Notes: generated by a model not told the origin, from the sequence alone. A stretch of DNA of 64,000 bases from an archaeon (GCA_043797265.1 JAZDPV010000018.1:1-64000); one strand, 5' to 3'. Positions 1-8,697 are shown, counted from the first letter of the stretch. Made by a program: numbers and translations.

Positions 1-4
1 GGTG

Positions 5-183
5 TTTGATTATGATAACTAAAATATCGGGGGCAGGTTTTTTTAGATTATGCAATGACAAAGTCCTTGCGAATAAAAAATCTGGTGATTTTTGATTATG
101 ATACATAAAATATCGGAGGCAGGTTTTTTTAGATTATGCAATGGCGAAGCCCTTGCGAATAAAAAATCTGGTGATTTTTGATT
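5..183. repeat. 86-bp tandem repeat (2 units plus start of a third), each unit an imperfect hairpin
   Basis: tttgatt(atg) recurs at 5, 91 and 177; the two units are nearly identical; hairpin centres gac-AAA-gtc and ggc-GAA-gcc. Confidence 0.9.
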
Positions 184-653
184 TGGATATTCAAATTTTG
201 ATTGGGTTGCTGTTGACGATTTTGCCTGTTTTTGAGTTGAGGGGCGGGCTGCCGATTATAATTGAATATGCGATTAGAAGTGGTGTTTCGGTTTGGCCGT
301 ATTTTTTGTTGGTGTTGATTTTGAATATTGTTGTTATATTTTTTGTGTTTTTATTTTTTGATTTTGTGCATGGAGTTTTAATGGGGTGGCGGTGGTATAG
401 AAAAGTTGTTGGCGTAGTTTTGAAAAGGTTGCAGAAGAAGGTGGATAAAGTTAGGGTGAAGATGGATAAGTGGGGTTATTTTGCGTTGATGTTTTTTGTT
501 GCGGTGCCTCTTCCTGGGACGGGAGCGTGGAGCGGGACGATGGTTGCGTGGGTTTTGGGGTTGAATAGGGTGAAGAGTTTTTTTGCTATTGCGGCCGGAG
601 TTGTGATTGCTGGATTTATTATTTTATTTTTTTCGCTTGGGCTTCTTAGTTAA
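183..653 (+). CDS. small multi-drug export family (COG2426-like) membrane protein
   Basis: PVFELRGGLP and FVAVPLPGTGAWSG motifs; likely TTG start at 183 after GGTGA (the ORF-track start at 141 lies inside the repeat). Confidence 0.8.
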   Translation: MDIQILIGLLLTILPVFELRGGLPIIIEYAIRSGVSVWPYFLLVLILNIVVIFFVFLFFDFVHGVLMGWRWYRKVVGVVLKRLQKKVDKVRVKMDKWGYFALMFFVAVPLPGTGAWSGTMVAWVLGLNRVKSFFAIAAGVVIAGFIILFFSLGLLS

Positions 654-1160
654 GTTAATTAAATATTTTATGTCGGAGTAGATTGGGATTGATTTGATTT
701 TATAAATTTTCACGATCATGAGCCAGGTGCCGACGACGAAAATGGTTGATATTATGTGCCACATTATCCAGTGAATTATTTGAAAATGGGTTGACTCGGA
801 TATTGTGACAAGGATTAAGATTCTTAAAACGTTTAGGGAAAAAAGTATGGCGATTGCCGTCAGAATTGTTTTGGCTCTTGTGGCTGGCTTGATATCTGGA
901 GTCGAAAGTATGAGAATGAGCAAAAGATAGAAGGCGGCGCCAGCGACGCAAGCGGGGATAATTTGAATTGTTAGGTCGGTTAAACCAATAAAGTTGCCTA
1001 TTAGTGTTGTGGTCGTGAAGATTGAAAGGATGGCGGTCGTTATGTAAATTGTTAGCGGAGTTAGAATTGCATAGATGATAAATAGATTGTTTATGCCGAG
1101 TAGAATAAGGACAAAATATCTGGCGAACATCCCGATGATTATTGTTTTTGATTGACTCAT
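624..1160 (-). CDS. archaeosortase/exosortase family protein (pacearchaeosortase-like)
   Basis: Multi-TM protein with IIPACVAG (Cys), NVLRI (Arg) and a later His, in exosortase-like order; adjacent to an S-layer-like gene. Confidence 0.75.
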   Translation of the reverse strand: MSQSKTIIIGMFARYFVLILLGINNLFIIYAILTPLTIYITTAILSIFTTTTLIGNFIGLTDLTIQIIPACVAGAAFYLLLILILSTPDIKPATRAKTILTAIAILFSLNVLRILILVTISESTHFQIIHWIMWHIISTIFVVGTWLMIVKIYKIKSIPIYSDIKYLINLTKKPKRKK

Positions 1161-1191
1161 AGAATTACATAGATTGATTGTTTAAAACCTT

Positions 1192-2970
1192 TTAGAATTG
1201 TGGTTTAACTTGTCTTCGGGAAACTCTTACTATTAGTGCGAGGAATATTAGAATTAGAACTATTATAATTCCCGTGATTAAGTAAAGCGTTGTGTTGCTA
1301 ATTCCCGAGAGAATGGTTGGCTTGTCTTTAATGTTTATTACGGCTGATTGGCTGACTGTTTGTCCGTTTGAGATTGCGTTGATTTTAAATGTGTGTTCGC
1401 CCGTCGCTGTTGGGACGAATGTTATTGTCACGTCTGTTGATTCTCCTTTCTTGATTGATGCTGTTAGTGGGGATATTGTTGTTGATTCTGCCCACGATTC
1501 GAGTCCCGATGTCGAGATTACGAAATTGTTGTCTTCGCCGTTATTTGTTATTGTGGCTTTTATGATTACTTGTTTTTCTATTGTCGTTTCAGATTCGAGA
1601 TTTATTCCGATTGTTGCCTGTATAGGCACTTGGCATGATAGAATTTCCAACCCGATTGAAAAACTGTCGCCTTGTTCTTCTGAGCTGTCGTCGTATGCTT
1701 TTAATTCATCAAGTTCGTCTTCGCTGTCGTCATAATCGTAATATGTGTAAATATTCAGTTCTGCGAAAGACTTGTCTACTTTGTCCGGAATTGTTATGTA
1801 GAATACTGCTTCTTTTCCTTTCTGGTTGCGCAAGTTGTCTATCACGTATTTTTCACTGATTCCCAATTTTGAATTTTCGAGCATTACCAAAACTTTGTCT
1901 TCGTCGTTGCCGCCTGTGTTATATACCATGAATCTTATTTCGACGTCTTTGTCGCCGCAAGATGCTTGAACATTAGGCAGATTATCTTTTACTATTATTG
2001 ATGCTCCATCGTTTGGGATAACTGAAAATTCGAAGTATGTTTCGTCGTCATTTGTGAAATCTCCTGATGTGGAGGCGCATTCTATTTCTGGATTTCTGTC
2101 GTCGTATGCTCTTACGTATATTTTATAATCTCCGCTTTCAAGGTCAATTGGAACTTCTGTGATTTTAAAAATTACTATTTCTTCGTCGCCGTCGTTGATT
2201 CTGCCCAAATCGATTGTATCATCGTTCAGGTTCATTTTTCTTTTTGTTATTGTATTGTTGTTTTCGTCCACTATTTTCATTTCTACTACGACGTTGTTTA
2301 TGTTGTCGTTGCCCGTGTTCTCTATTGCGACTTCAATTTCTATTTCGTCCAAGTATTCCCATTCTGTGTCGTCACCTTTGCCGTTATTCATGACATCGAA
2401 ACTTGTAATTTCGAGGTGTCCTTTTTCGCCCGAGAAATCGTTGCAGTATTTATAGTTGGAAGGGAGCGAGTTGTATGTGCATGAGCCGTCGTCTTCCGTT
2501 GCGTCTGGGTCATAGTTGTTTGCGTCTGGGTCTGTGCAACCGAGGATTGTTTCTTCTGGTACTGTAGAATTTGCTGTGAAACTTTTTTGTATAGTTCCCA
2601 AGAGTTCTCCAGTGTTATCATTGTAGACGTTTGCTTTCAAATACCTTGAATGAGAACCTGTGTAACCCAAAGGAATTGATAATGTTGCTGAGAAATCTGC
2701 GGATGCGCCATTTATCATTGTTGAATTATCTTCTAATAATGTCCATACCGTGTTAAAAGAACTTGATGTATTTACCCATTCAAGTAATATTTTTGTGCCG
2801 TTGTTGTTTTCGACTGTTACTTCAACATTGTAAGAGTGTCCTGGAATTACTGGATTTGGCAATCCTGTTTTAATATTAATAGAAACTCCTTCGACTGCTG
2901 CGTTCACGACGGCAAAACTTAATAGTAAAACTGTTAAAACTCCGATGTTAAGCAAAGTGTTTTTTACCAT
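1192..2970 (-). CDS. putative S-layer/cell-surface glycoprotein
   Basis: Signal peptide, acidic beta-rich CARDB-like repeats, GCTDPDANNYDPDATEDDGSC motif, several N-x-S/T sequons, C-terminal TM helix plus basic tail. Confidence 0.75.
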   Translation of the reverse strand: MVKNTLLNIGVLTVLLLSFAVVNAAVEGVSINIKTGLPNPVIPGHSYNVEVTVENNNGTKILLEWVNTSSSFNTVWTLLEDNSTMINGASADFSATLSIPLGYTGSHSRYLKANVYNDNTGELLGTIQKSFTANSTVPEETILGCTDPDANNYDPDATEDDGSCTYNSLPSNYKYCNDFSGEKGHLEITSFDVMNNGKGDDTEWEYLDEIEIEVAIENTGNDNINNVVVEMKIVDENNNTITKRKMNLNDDTIDLGRINDGDEEIVIFKITEVPIDLESGDYKIYVRAYDDRNPEIECASTSGDFTNDDETYFEFSVIPNDGASIIVKDNLPNVQASCGDKDVEIRFMVYNTGGNDEDKVLVMLENSKLGISEKYVIDNLRNQKGKEAVFYITIPDKVDKSFAELNIYTYYDYDDSEDELDELKAYDDSSEEQGDSFSIGLEILSCQVPIQATIGINLESETTIEKQVIIKATITNNGEDNNFVISTSGLESWAESTTISPLTASIKKGESTDVTITFVPTATGEHTFKINAISNGQTVSQSAVINIKDKPTILSGISNTTLYLITGIIIVLILIFLALIVRVSRRQVKPQF

Positions 2971-3150
2971 GTTGTAATTTTGGAGTTACTATGGTTTATA
3001 AATATTTGTATATTTTTTTGCATGTTTCGTAAGGTTTAAATATTTGTTTTAGATTGAATAATGATGGTGAATGAAATTGCGGAGGCAGGGTTTAGATTGT
3101 GAAGCTTGCGCTAAAGCGATAGCTTGCTCAAAAATCTAAGATTTTTTCGG

Positions 3151-3519
3151 ATGGTGAAGTCGAGGGAGAATTTGTTGGGGGCGTATGCTTTTTTGGTTGG
3201 CGTGATTTTGGCCGTCGGGTTTGGATTGTTTAATCGGTCGCTTGAGTCGGCTGGCGGGATGTTTTATTCGGCGCTGGTTATTATTGGTTTGATTGTCGGG
3301 TTCATGAATGTCGGGGATAAAAATTCGAGCACGTTTTTGATGGCGAGTGTTTCGTTGGTTATTGTCGGGGCACTTGGGGCTGAGCCGTTGAAATATATTG
3401 CTTTGAATAATTATGTTGTGACTTCGTTGAGGAATGTGCTTGGTTCGTTGCTGGTTTTGTTTGTGCCGGCGACCATTATTGTTGCGTTGAAAACGGTTTT
3501 CGCGATGGCGAAGATTTAG
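3151..3519 (+). CDS. hypothetical 4-TM membrane protein
   Basis: Hydrophobic ORF; ATG at 3151. Confidence 0.7.
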   Translation: MVKSRENLLGAYAFLVGVILAVGFGLFNRSLESAGGMFYSALVIIGLIVGFMNVGDKNSSTFLMASVSLVIVGALGAEPLKYIALNNYVVTSLRNVLGSLLVLFVPATIIVALKTVFAMAKI

Positions 3520-3540
3520 TAAATTATGAAAGGAGGTAAA

Positions 3541-3735
3541 ATGGAAAGAGGCGTGTTGGGTTGGATAACGATAATTCTTGTGATAGTTGGAGCTATTAAC
3601 TGGGGTCTCGTCGGTGTTTTAGATGTTGACTTAGTAGATGTTGTATTAGGGTCAATTTCTTGGCTGGCGACGACGGTATATATTTTAATAGGACTGGCTG
3701 GTATCTGGGAATTAATAACGTTGTTCAGAGAATAA
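3541..3735 (+). CDS. DUF378 family small membrane protein
   Basis: LVIVGAINWGLVG...VYILIGLAG signature; SD GGAGGT before ATG 3541. Confidence 0.85.
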   Translation: MERGVLGWITIILVIVGAINWGLVGVLDVDLVDVVLGSISWLATTVYILIGLAGIWELITLFRE

Positions 3736-4165
3736 TTAGAAATTATTTTTGTTAATTTTTATTTTTATGTTGTGAATGTTTCTGTGATAGTTGGGGTTGG
3801 GTAGGGGAAGATTTATAAACTTAAAAAAATCTGTTTCATTACTTAGTTAAGACGTTTAATTAAGATTGTCTGAAATAATCAGATTCGATTATCATACTCA
3901 TATATAATATAAGATAAATCGCAACAACCCTTTTAGGGATACAAGAAATAACACGGAATAATTTTCTGTTTTGACTCTCCAGAGACGCGATATTGAAATA
4001 GAATTAGGAAGTTCTATTTTAGCTGGAGGTTTCATTTTAGCGACGAGGTTTTGTGGGTATTTACCTATGGAATAACCTCTTGATATACTCGTGCAAGAAA
4101 TTCTTGTGGGCAAAAAACAGACGTGAGTAAAAGTACGAAACTAATGGAATGCTGGGAGGTGTATT

Positions 4166-5320
4166 ATGAAACGAAAGATTTTGTTTAGTGCTGCGGCGCT
4201 GATGTTGATGATATGCGTCGGTGCTACGGCGGGTGATGGAACTGCGAGTGGCGGTGAAAGTCCTACTGCTGGTGGTTTTGCGTTGCTGGGTTCTAACACG
4301 GATGTGGAGGCGAAACAGAGTGTTCAGTTGGATAACATGGTGGGAAGCGCCAGAGTAAATGTCAATCCGAAGATTGACGCGAGTAACAGGGTCGAGAACA
4401 ACCCGGACCAGAAGACGAATGCTGCTGCGCTTAGCGTCGGCTCTAATGTGGTTAACTTCGGGGGAGCCGAGGCGCCGGAGTACAACCAGAATGTTCCTGG
4501 AATTCCTGGGCTTTATCTTCCGTATAGTGTGCCCTTTAGCCAACTGCCAGAGGGTGGATATTTTGTGCGGGACCCTCTTTCCGGAGTTCACCAAGGATGT
4601 TGCACAATGGCAGATGTCCCGGTCTTCCTCAAGTATGCGAGAAATGTCTTTGGATATTGGGTGTGGGAGAACAAGCCTTTCACGATTGACTCTAATGGGC
4701 AGGTGTCGTTGGCGGTCAAAATGAAAGGCAGAGTGCCGGTGTCGTTGAGTAACACGATTGGTTTCCGCAGGGCGGGGCACTTCAAATATGCGATCAATGT
4801 CAAGAGTGCATATCTGTCTCGGCCGACCTCAGAGAAACCTCGTGTGTGGATTGAAGCCGCGCTGGATAAGGGTGTGGTGTTTGATTTGCCGACGCTTATG
4901 GAGAAATACTACTATGTTGGTCAGGTTGTAGTCGTTGGCGACATTGGTATTCTTTCCAGCCAAGTCATCGAATTTGCGGAAGGGTTGGCGTTGGTCGGGC
5001 ATGTGGACGTTGGGCTTCTGACGAATAGCGTCTTGCTGAAGAATTCGACCATGGCAGTGCAACCCGGAATGTCTGTTGCGCAAGCTACGCCCGATATTGG
5101 ACTAGGAGGACTTCTTGCTGCGATCATCGGCGAAGCGAAGATGAAGGGGAATCAGTGGGCGGCACTTTGGTTGTTCACTGAGATTCCTGATGGGGTTGAA
5201 ATCGAGCAAGTCCCAGCAGGGGTGAAAGCGGCTTACAAACTCAATGGGAATGGGAATGGGAATGGAAAGCCGGTGCAGCAGGAAGGTCCCCCACCCGAAA
5301 TACTCACGCAGCGACGGTAG
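4166..5320 (+). CDS. secreted hypothetical protein
   Basis: SD GGAGGTG, N-terminal signal peptide, 384-aa ORF with no recognised family. Confidence 0.75.
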   Translation: MKRKILFSAAALMLMICVGATAGDGTASGGESPTAGGFALLGSNTDVEAKQSVQLDNMVGSARVNVNPKIDASNRVENNPDQKTNAAALSVGSNVVNFGGAEAPEYNQNVPGIPGLYLPYSVPFSQLPEGGYFVRDPLSGVHQGCCTMADVPVFLKYARNVFGYWVWENKPFTIDSNGQVSLAVKMKGRVPVSLSNTIGFRRAGHFKYAINVKSAYLSRPTSEKPRVWIEAALDKGVVFDLPTLMEKYYYVGQVVVVGDIGILSSQVIEFAEGLALVGHVDVGLLTNSVLLKNSTMAVQPGMSVAQATPDIGLGGLLAAIIGEAKMKGNQWAALWLFTEIPDGVEIEQVPAGVKAAYKLNGNGNGNGKPVQQEGPPPEILTQRR

Positions 5321-5535
5321 TTTCATTTCAAGAGGGAAAACAACTATGAGGAATAAAGATCCGCCTATCTAGGACTCCGAATCTCCGAAGCGGTTTTACT
5401 TTTGAGAGAAAGTATAAATCTCTTCCCGTTTTAAAGTGAGAGTGGGTGATCTCTCGCAATGTTTTGCTGCATTGTGTAGCGGGCATGTCCAAGGAAAGAC
5501 TGCGTTAGCAGTTTCAAACTGAAAGGAACATTGTC

Positions 5536-6171
5536 ATGAAGAAGTTACTATTTCTCGTCGTGGTTTCGGTCCTGAGTGTTACTTCGACATTCGGCGCGGT
5601 TCAGGAAGACCAGATGCAAGCCCTTTTTGCCAATCTCGGTATCGTTAACATGAGCAAGGGGGTGGACACTGGTTGTGCCGTGGCCCAGAGCAATTTGCAA
5701 CAGCAGGCTTCCGACGGCAAGAACCTGGCTGCGGAAAGTATGTCCGCGTTTATCATGGAAGCTGGTACTGTGGCGGGTCCGGGAACGCTCCTGATGGGTG
5801 GCTCCGTAATGGAAGGACAGACACAGTTGGCCGCGGGAAATGTCAAGAGTCAAGAGCAGGGTGCATCGATTTCACTTGACACTCTGGCTGCGAAGACCGG
5901 GAAGGGAACGGCCATTACCTCCAATAACACGGGCATTACCACTGCCGACCAGGTTCTCGTCGGTGGTGGCGCTACGACAGTCAATTCGTTGGCTGCGGCT
6001 GCGAGTCAGTTCGTCGGGATTGGTCCGGGTTGCAGTAATCCGGCAACCGTCATCGTGAACACGGATATTTGCGTGGGGCAGTCCCAGACCGTGGTCACTC
6101 CCTGCCAACCGCCTCAACCGCCGTGTCCGCCCCAGCCCCCCTGCCAGCCCCCCTGTCAGCCCGGCTGCTAA
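5536..6171 (+). CDS. secreted G/A/S/T/Q-rich protein with Cys-Pro-Gln repeat tail
   Basis: Signal peptide MKKLLFLVVVSVLSVTSTFG; C-terminus PCQPPQPPCPPQPPCQPPCQPGC. Confidence 0.75.
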   Translation: MKKLLFLVVVSVLSVTSTFGAVQEDQMQALFANLGIVNMSKGVDTGCAVAQSNLQQQASDGKNLAAESMSAFIMEAGTVAGPGTLLMGGSVMEGQTQLAAGNVKSQEQGASISLDTLAAKTGKGTAITSNNTGITTADQVLVGGGATTVNSLAAAASQFVGIGPGCSNPATVIVNTDICVGQSQTVVTPCQPPQPPCPPQPPCQPPCQPGC

Positions 6172-6489
6172 GGGATTTTGTCGGACAGCGTGGGAAAGAG
6201 CGCTCCTTTTCTGGTTTTGTGTTACGTGGGCGAAATCGTCTCCTTTCAATGGCAAGGCGGATAGCTTCGGAGTAAAGGGGTTCAATGACGTTTGGGTAAT
6301 ATCAATTCTGGGGAGGGGCGCTCTATTTTTCTATCTCTTTAGAAGGTAGTGGTTGTAAGTTGATGTAATGTGGGGTGGGTTTAATCTTTTCAGCCACGTG
6401 GTTGGAGATGGTTGACCCATCCTGCATTTTTGTTTATATATTTTTTGTCTCAATGTATATGCTCTAATATGGCATATTGCAGAATATAC

Positions 6490-7140
6490 TTAAAGAAATT
6501 CTAAGATGTCGGCGAGGTTGATGATTCGTTTGTCATCGAGGGCGAGGCCGGGGCAGGAAGTGTTCACCCAGATTTTTATTTGGGGAAAATTTTCTAATTC
6601 GGTTGGGTTGATGGTGTCGCCCTCGAAAATGTAGACTTTCTTTTTTAGTTTTTCTATTTTTTTTCTGATTTGTTCTATTGTTTTATTTTTTTGTCCGGGC
6701 TTTGTTGAAATGAGGAGCCCGACTGTATTTATGGAGAGGAAAATCTTTTTTTTTGCGAGCGTCTTTTTTTTGTGCAACTCTATTTCTTTTTTTTTGATTT
6801 TGGTAAGGTTTTCCGTGTCGAAAATGTAAATTTCTTTTTGAATTTGGATGGCGTTGTTGATTGCGTGAAATTTGCCGTCGGTGATTATCAGGATTGTGTC
6901 TGCTGATTTGTCGAGGGCCGATGAGTTGCAGCCGAGGACGTGTGCTTCGTGATGAGCACCCTGCTTGATTATTACTTTTTTTCCTTGTTTCTCCAGATAT
7001 GTTTTTACTTTTGGGATTAGGTCGATGTATTGGATTGTTGCGGCGAGAGAGATTGTTTTGCCTTTTAGTTCGTTGAGTAATTTTAGATTTATGTTTTCGT
7101 CCTTGAATTTTTTTTTGGCTTCGATGAATAAGGGCTTCAT
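6490..7140 (-). CDS. dph2: diphthamide synthesis Dph2-family protein (short form)
   Basis: TIQY, HVLGC, DGKFHA, STKPGQ and NTSCP motifs. Confidence 0.8.
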   Translation of the reverse strand: MKPLFIEAKKKFKDENINLKLLNELKGKTISLAATIQYIDLIPKVKTYLEKQGKKVIIKQGAHHEAHVLGCNSSALDKSADTILIITDGKFHAINNAIQIQKEIYIFDTENLTKIKKKEIELHKKKTLAKKKIFLSINTVGLLISTKPGQKNKTIEQIRKKIEKLKKKVYIFEGDTINPTELENFPQIKIWVNTSCPGLALDDKRIINLADILEFL

Positions 7141-7177
7141 TATATAAGATAGTAGAATGGTTTTTAAAATTAAGCGA

Positions 7178-7576
7178 TTAGAATCTTTCGATTTCGTCGG
7201 ATCTTGTTGGGATACCTTGATTTTCTGCCGCGCCTTTTTGGATGTCGAATACTTTTGACGGTGTTGCGATTACCGTGTTTTCGCCGAAGCCCGCGATTTT
7301 ACCGTCGAGTGCTTCTACTGTTTTTTTGATTTTTGATATTGCTCTTTTTAGTTCGATGACGTCTTTTGATTTTATGGGCTTGATGTCGATGATTGCGATT
7401 GTGTAGCCTTCCCGAAGTGCGTTCAGTATTGGGCTTATGTCTTCATATACTTTCAAAATGAATGTTTTAATTAGAATTTTTGAACTTGATTTTTCTTGCT
7501 CGAGGTCTATTTCTATGAAATCTGGAGAATAGTTGTCCTCTTTGCCCATCATCCTTTTTAATCTGTCGAATACCAT
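7178..7576 (-). CDS. sepF: cell division protein SepF (archaeal, DUF552)
   Basis: ILNALREGYTIAIIDI...ELKRAISKIK...GKIAG...VIATP. Confidence 0.85.
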   Translation of the reverse strand: MVFDRLKRMMGKEDNYSPDFIEIDLEQEKSSSKILIKTFILKVYEDISPILNALREGYTIAIIDIKPIKSKDVIELKRAISKIKKTVEALDGKIAGFGENTVIATPSKVFDIQKGAAENQGIPTRSDEIERF

Positions 7577-7626
7577 TACATATTTTTATTGCATCAGTAT
7601 TTAAATATTTATGTGGTCGAGAAATG

Positions 7627-8001
7627 TTATCTCTGGATTTTTTTCATTACTTCGTCGCGGATTTTTTCTATTCTTTCTGAGAATTTTTTTTCCTGTTCGT
7701 TGATTGTTTTCATTCTGGTGTCGATTAATTCTTTTTTCTTTTTCATATCTTTTAACATTTCTTCTTTTGTTGTTTTAACTATGACTTGGTTTCCGATAAT
7801 CCGCAGAATTTCTTCTTTTGTTTTTTCAACTTCTTTGATTATAAAATCGGTTTCGTTCGCTTCCATTGAGAATGCGTTTTTTTGCATCAGAAGTTGTTGA
7901 AAAGATTGCTCGAGCATTTGGAGTTCCTGAATTTTTTGCTGGGTTTCTTCGTCTAAGTTTGCGAGCGGATTTTCGTGGGTGTGATTATGTTCTTTTGACA
8001 T
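7627..8001 (-). CDS. pfdB: prefoldin beta subunit
   Basis: Coiled-coil/beta-hairpin/coiled-coil pattern; usual rpl37ae-rpoP-pfdB neighbourhood. Confidence 0.85.
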   Translation of the reverse strand: MSKEHNHTHENPLANLDEETQQKIQELQMLEQSFQQLLMQKNAFSMEANETDFIIKEVEKTKEEILRIIGNQVIVKTTKEEMLKDMKKKKELIDTRMKTINEQEKKFSERIEKIRDEVMKKIQR

Positions 8002-8138
8002 TAGTCTGACGACACTGTTTTCATTTTAGTTCGTGGTTTGTAGAAAATTCTGGAGCCGCAGTTTGGACAGACGAATCTTTTTTTGACGTCGTCTGATTTT
8101 ATTTTGCTCCCGCATGAAAAACATTTGTACATGGCCAT
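8001..8138 (-). CDS. rpoP: DNA-directed RNA polymerase subunit Rpo12 (P)
   Basis: Not in the ORF track; translated by hand as MAMYKCFSCG...VCPNCGSRIFYKPR (45 aa zinc ribbon). Confidence 0.9.
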   Translation of the reverse strand: MAMYKCFSCGSKIKSDDVKKRFVCPNCGSRIFYKPRTKMKTVSSD

Positions 8139-8181
8139 GGTATTTTTTGATTATTGGGGTTTTTAATTGTTTATGTATTGG

Positions 8182-8391
8182 TTATAAGTGGAAGGTCCCG
8201 CCGGCGAATTTTTTATTGCATTTTTGACAGAGCCAGATTGCTTTTGCCTGGCGTTTTGCCCGACCTTTGCAAAATGGACATTCTTGTCGTATTCGCTGTT
8301 TTGCTTCCACGGCTATGAGTTTTTGTTTTATCTTCCCGTAACCTGCGCCAAATCTTCCTGCGCTTCCGATTTTTTTTCTTTTTACTGTCAT
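8182..8391 (-). CDS. rpl37ae: 50S ribosomal protein eL43 (L37Ae)
   Basis: GSAGRFGAGYG, CPFC...IWLCQKC...FAGG. Confidence 0.95.
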   Translation of the reverse strand: MTVKRKKIGSAGRFGAGYGKIKQKLIAVEAKQRIRQECPFCKGRAKRQAKAIWLCQKCNKKFAGGTFHL

Positions 8392-8481
8392 GGTAAGTTT
8401 ATTAGAAATTGGTTTTTAAAGATTTGGTTTAAATTTCTGAAAAATAAAAATATTAATATTGTTTTTAATTGGAAATATATA

Positions 8482-8578
8482 TGGGGATACCCTACTCGCA
8501 ATTTGCATTTCGCAAAACAATTTTAGTTTTAATTTTGCTCGAAGCGAATTGCTCGGGATTTGATTTCAAATCCGAGTA
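8482..8578 (-). repeat. tRNA-Pro 3'-end-like fragment carrying the ~61-bp hairpin element
   Basis: tggggataccc and ggatttga resemble the tRNA 3' end and flank 8495-8555, which is nearly identical to 8711-8771. Confidence 0.75.
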
Positions 8579-8615
8579 CTATTTAATTATTAGATTGCTT
8601 TGCAATCTAATCTTA

Positions 8616-8688
8616 TGGGGCTACCCGGATTTGAACCGGGGTCGCGAAGTCCCAAACCTCGAAGGCTACCAGACTACCCCATAGCCCC
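8616..8688 (-). tRNA. tRNA-Pro(TGG)
   Basis: Cloverleaf: GGGGCTA/TAGCCCC acceptor stem, CGAGG-TTTGGGA-CTTCG anticodon arm, CCCGG-TTCAAAT-CCGGG T arm. Confidence 0.95.
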
Positions 8689-8697
8689 ATGTTGTTA

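Noticed and set aside
4118-4146. Hammerhead-like tga-gta-aaag-tac-gaaac
   Set aside because: The CUGANGA core is missing.
4061-4780. 239-aa minus-strand ORF in the island
   Set aside because: Antisense to a gene with SD and signal peptide; Arg/His-rich shadow composition.
5243-5266. (aatggg)n hexamer repeat encoding NGNGNGNG
   Set aside because: Simple low-complexity linker, unrelated to the hairpin family.
6197-6324. SRP RNA or 5S rRNA
   Set aside because: No SRP helix-8 motif or 5S conserved loops recognised.
8469-8684. 71-aa ORF across the tRNA-Pro locus
   Set aside because: Overlaps the tRNA and repeat; no coding features.
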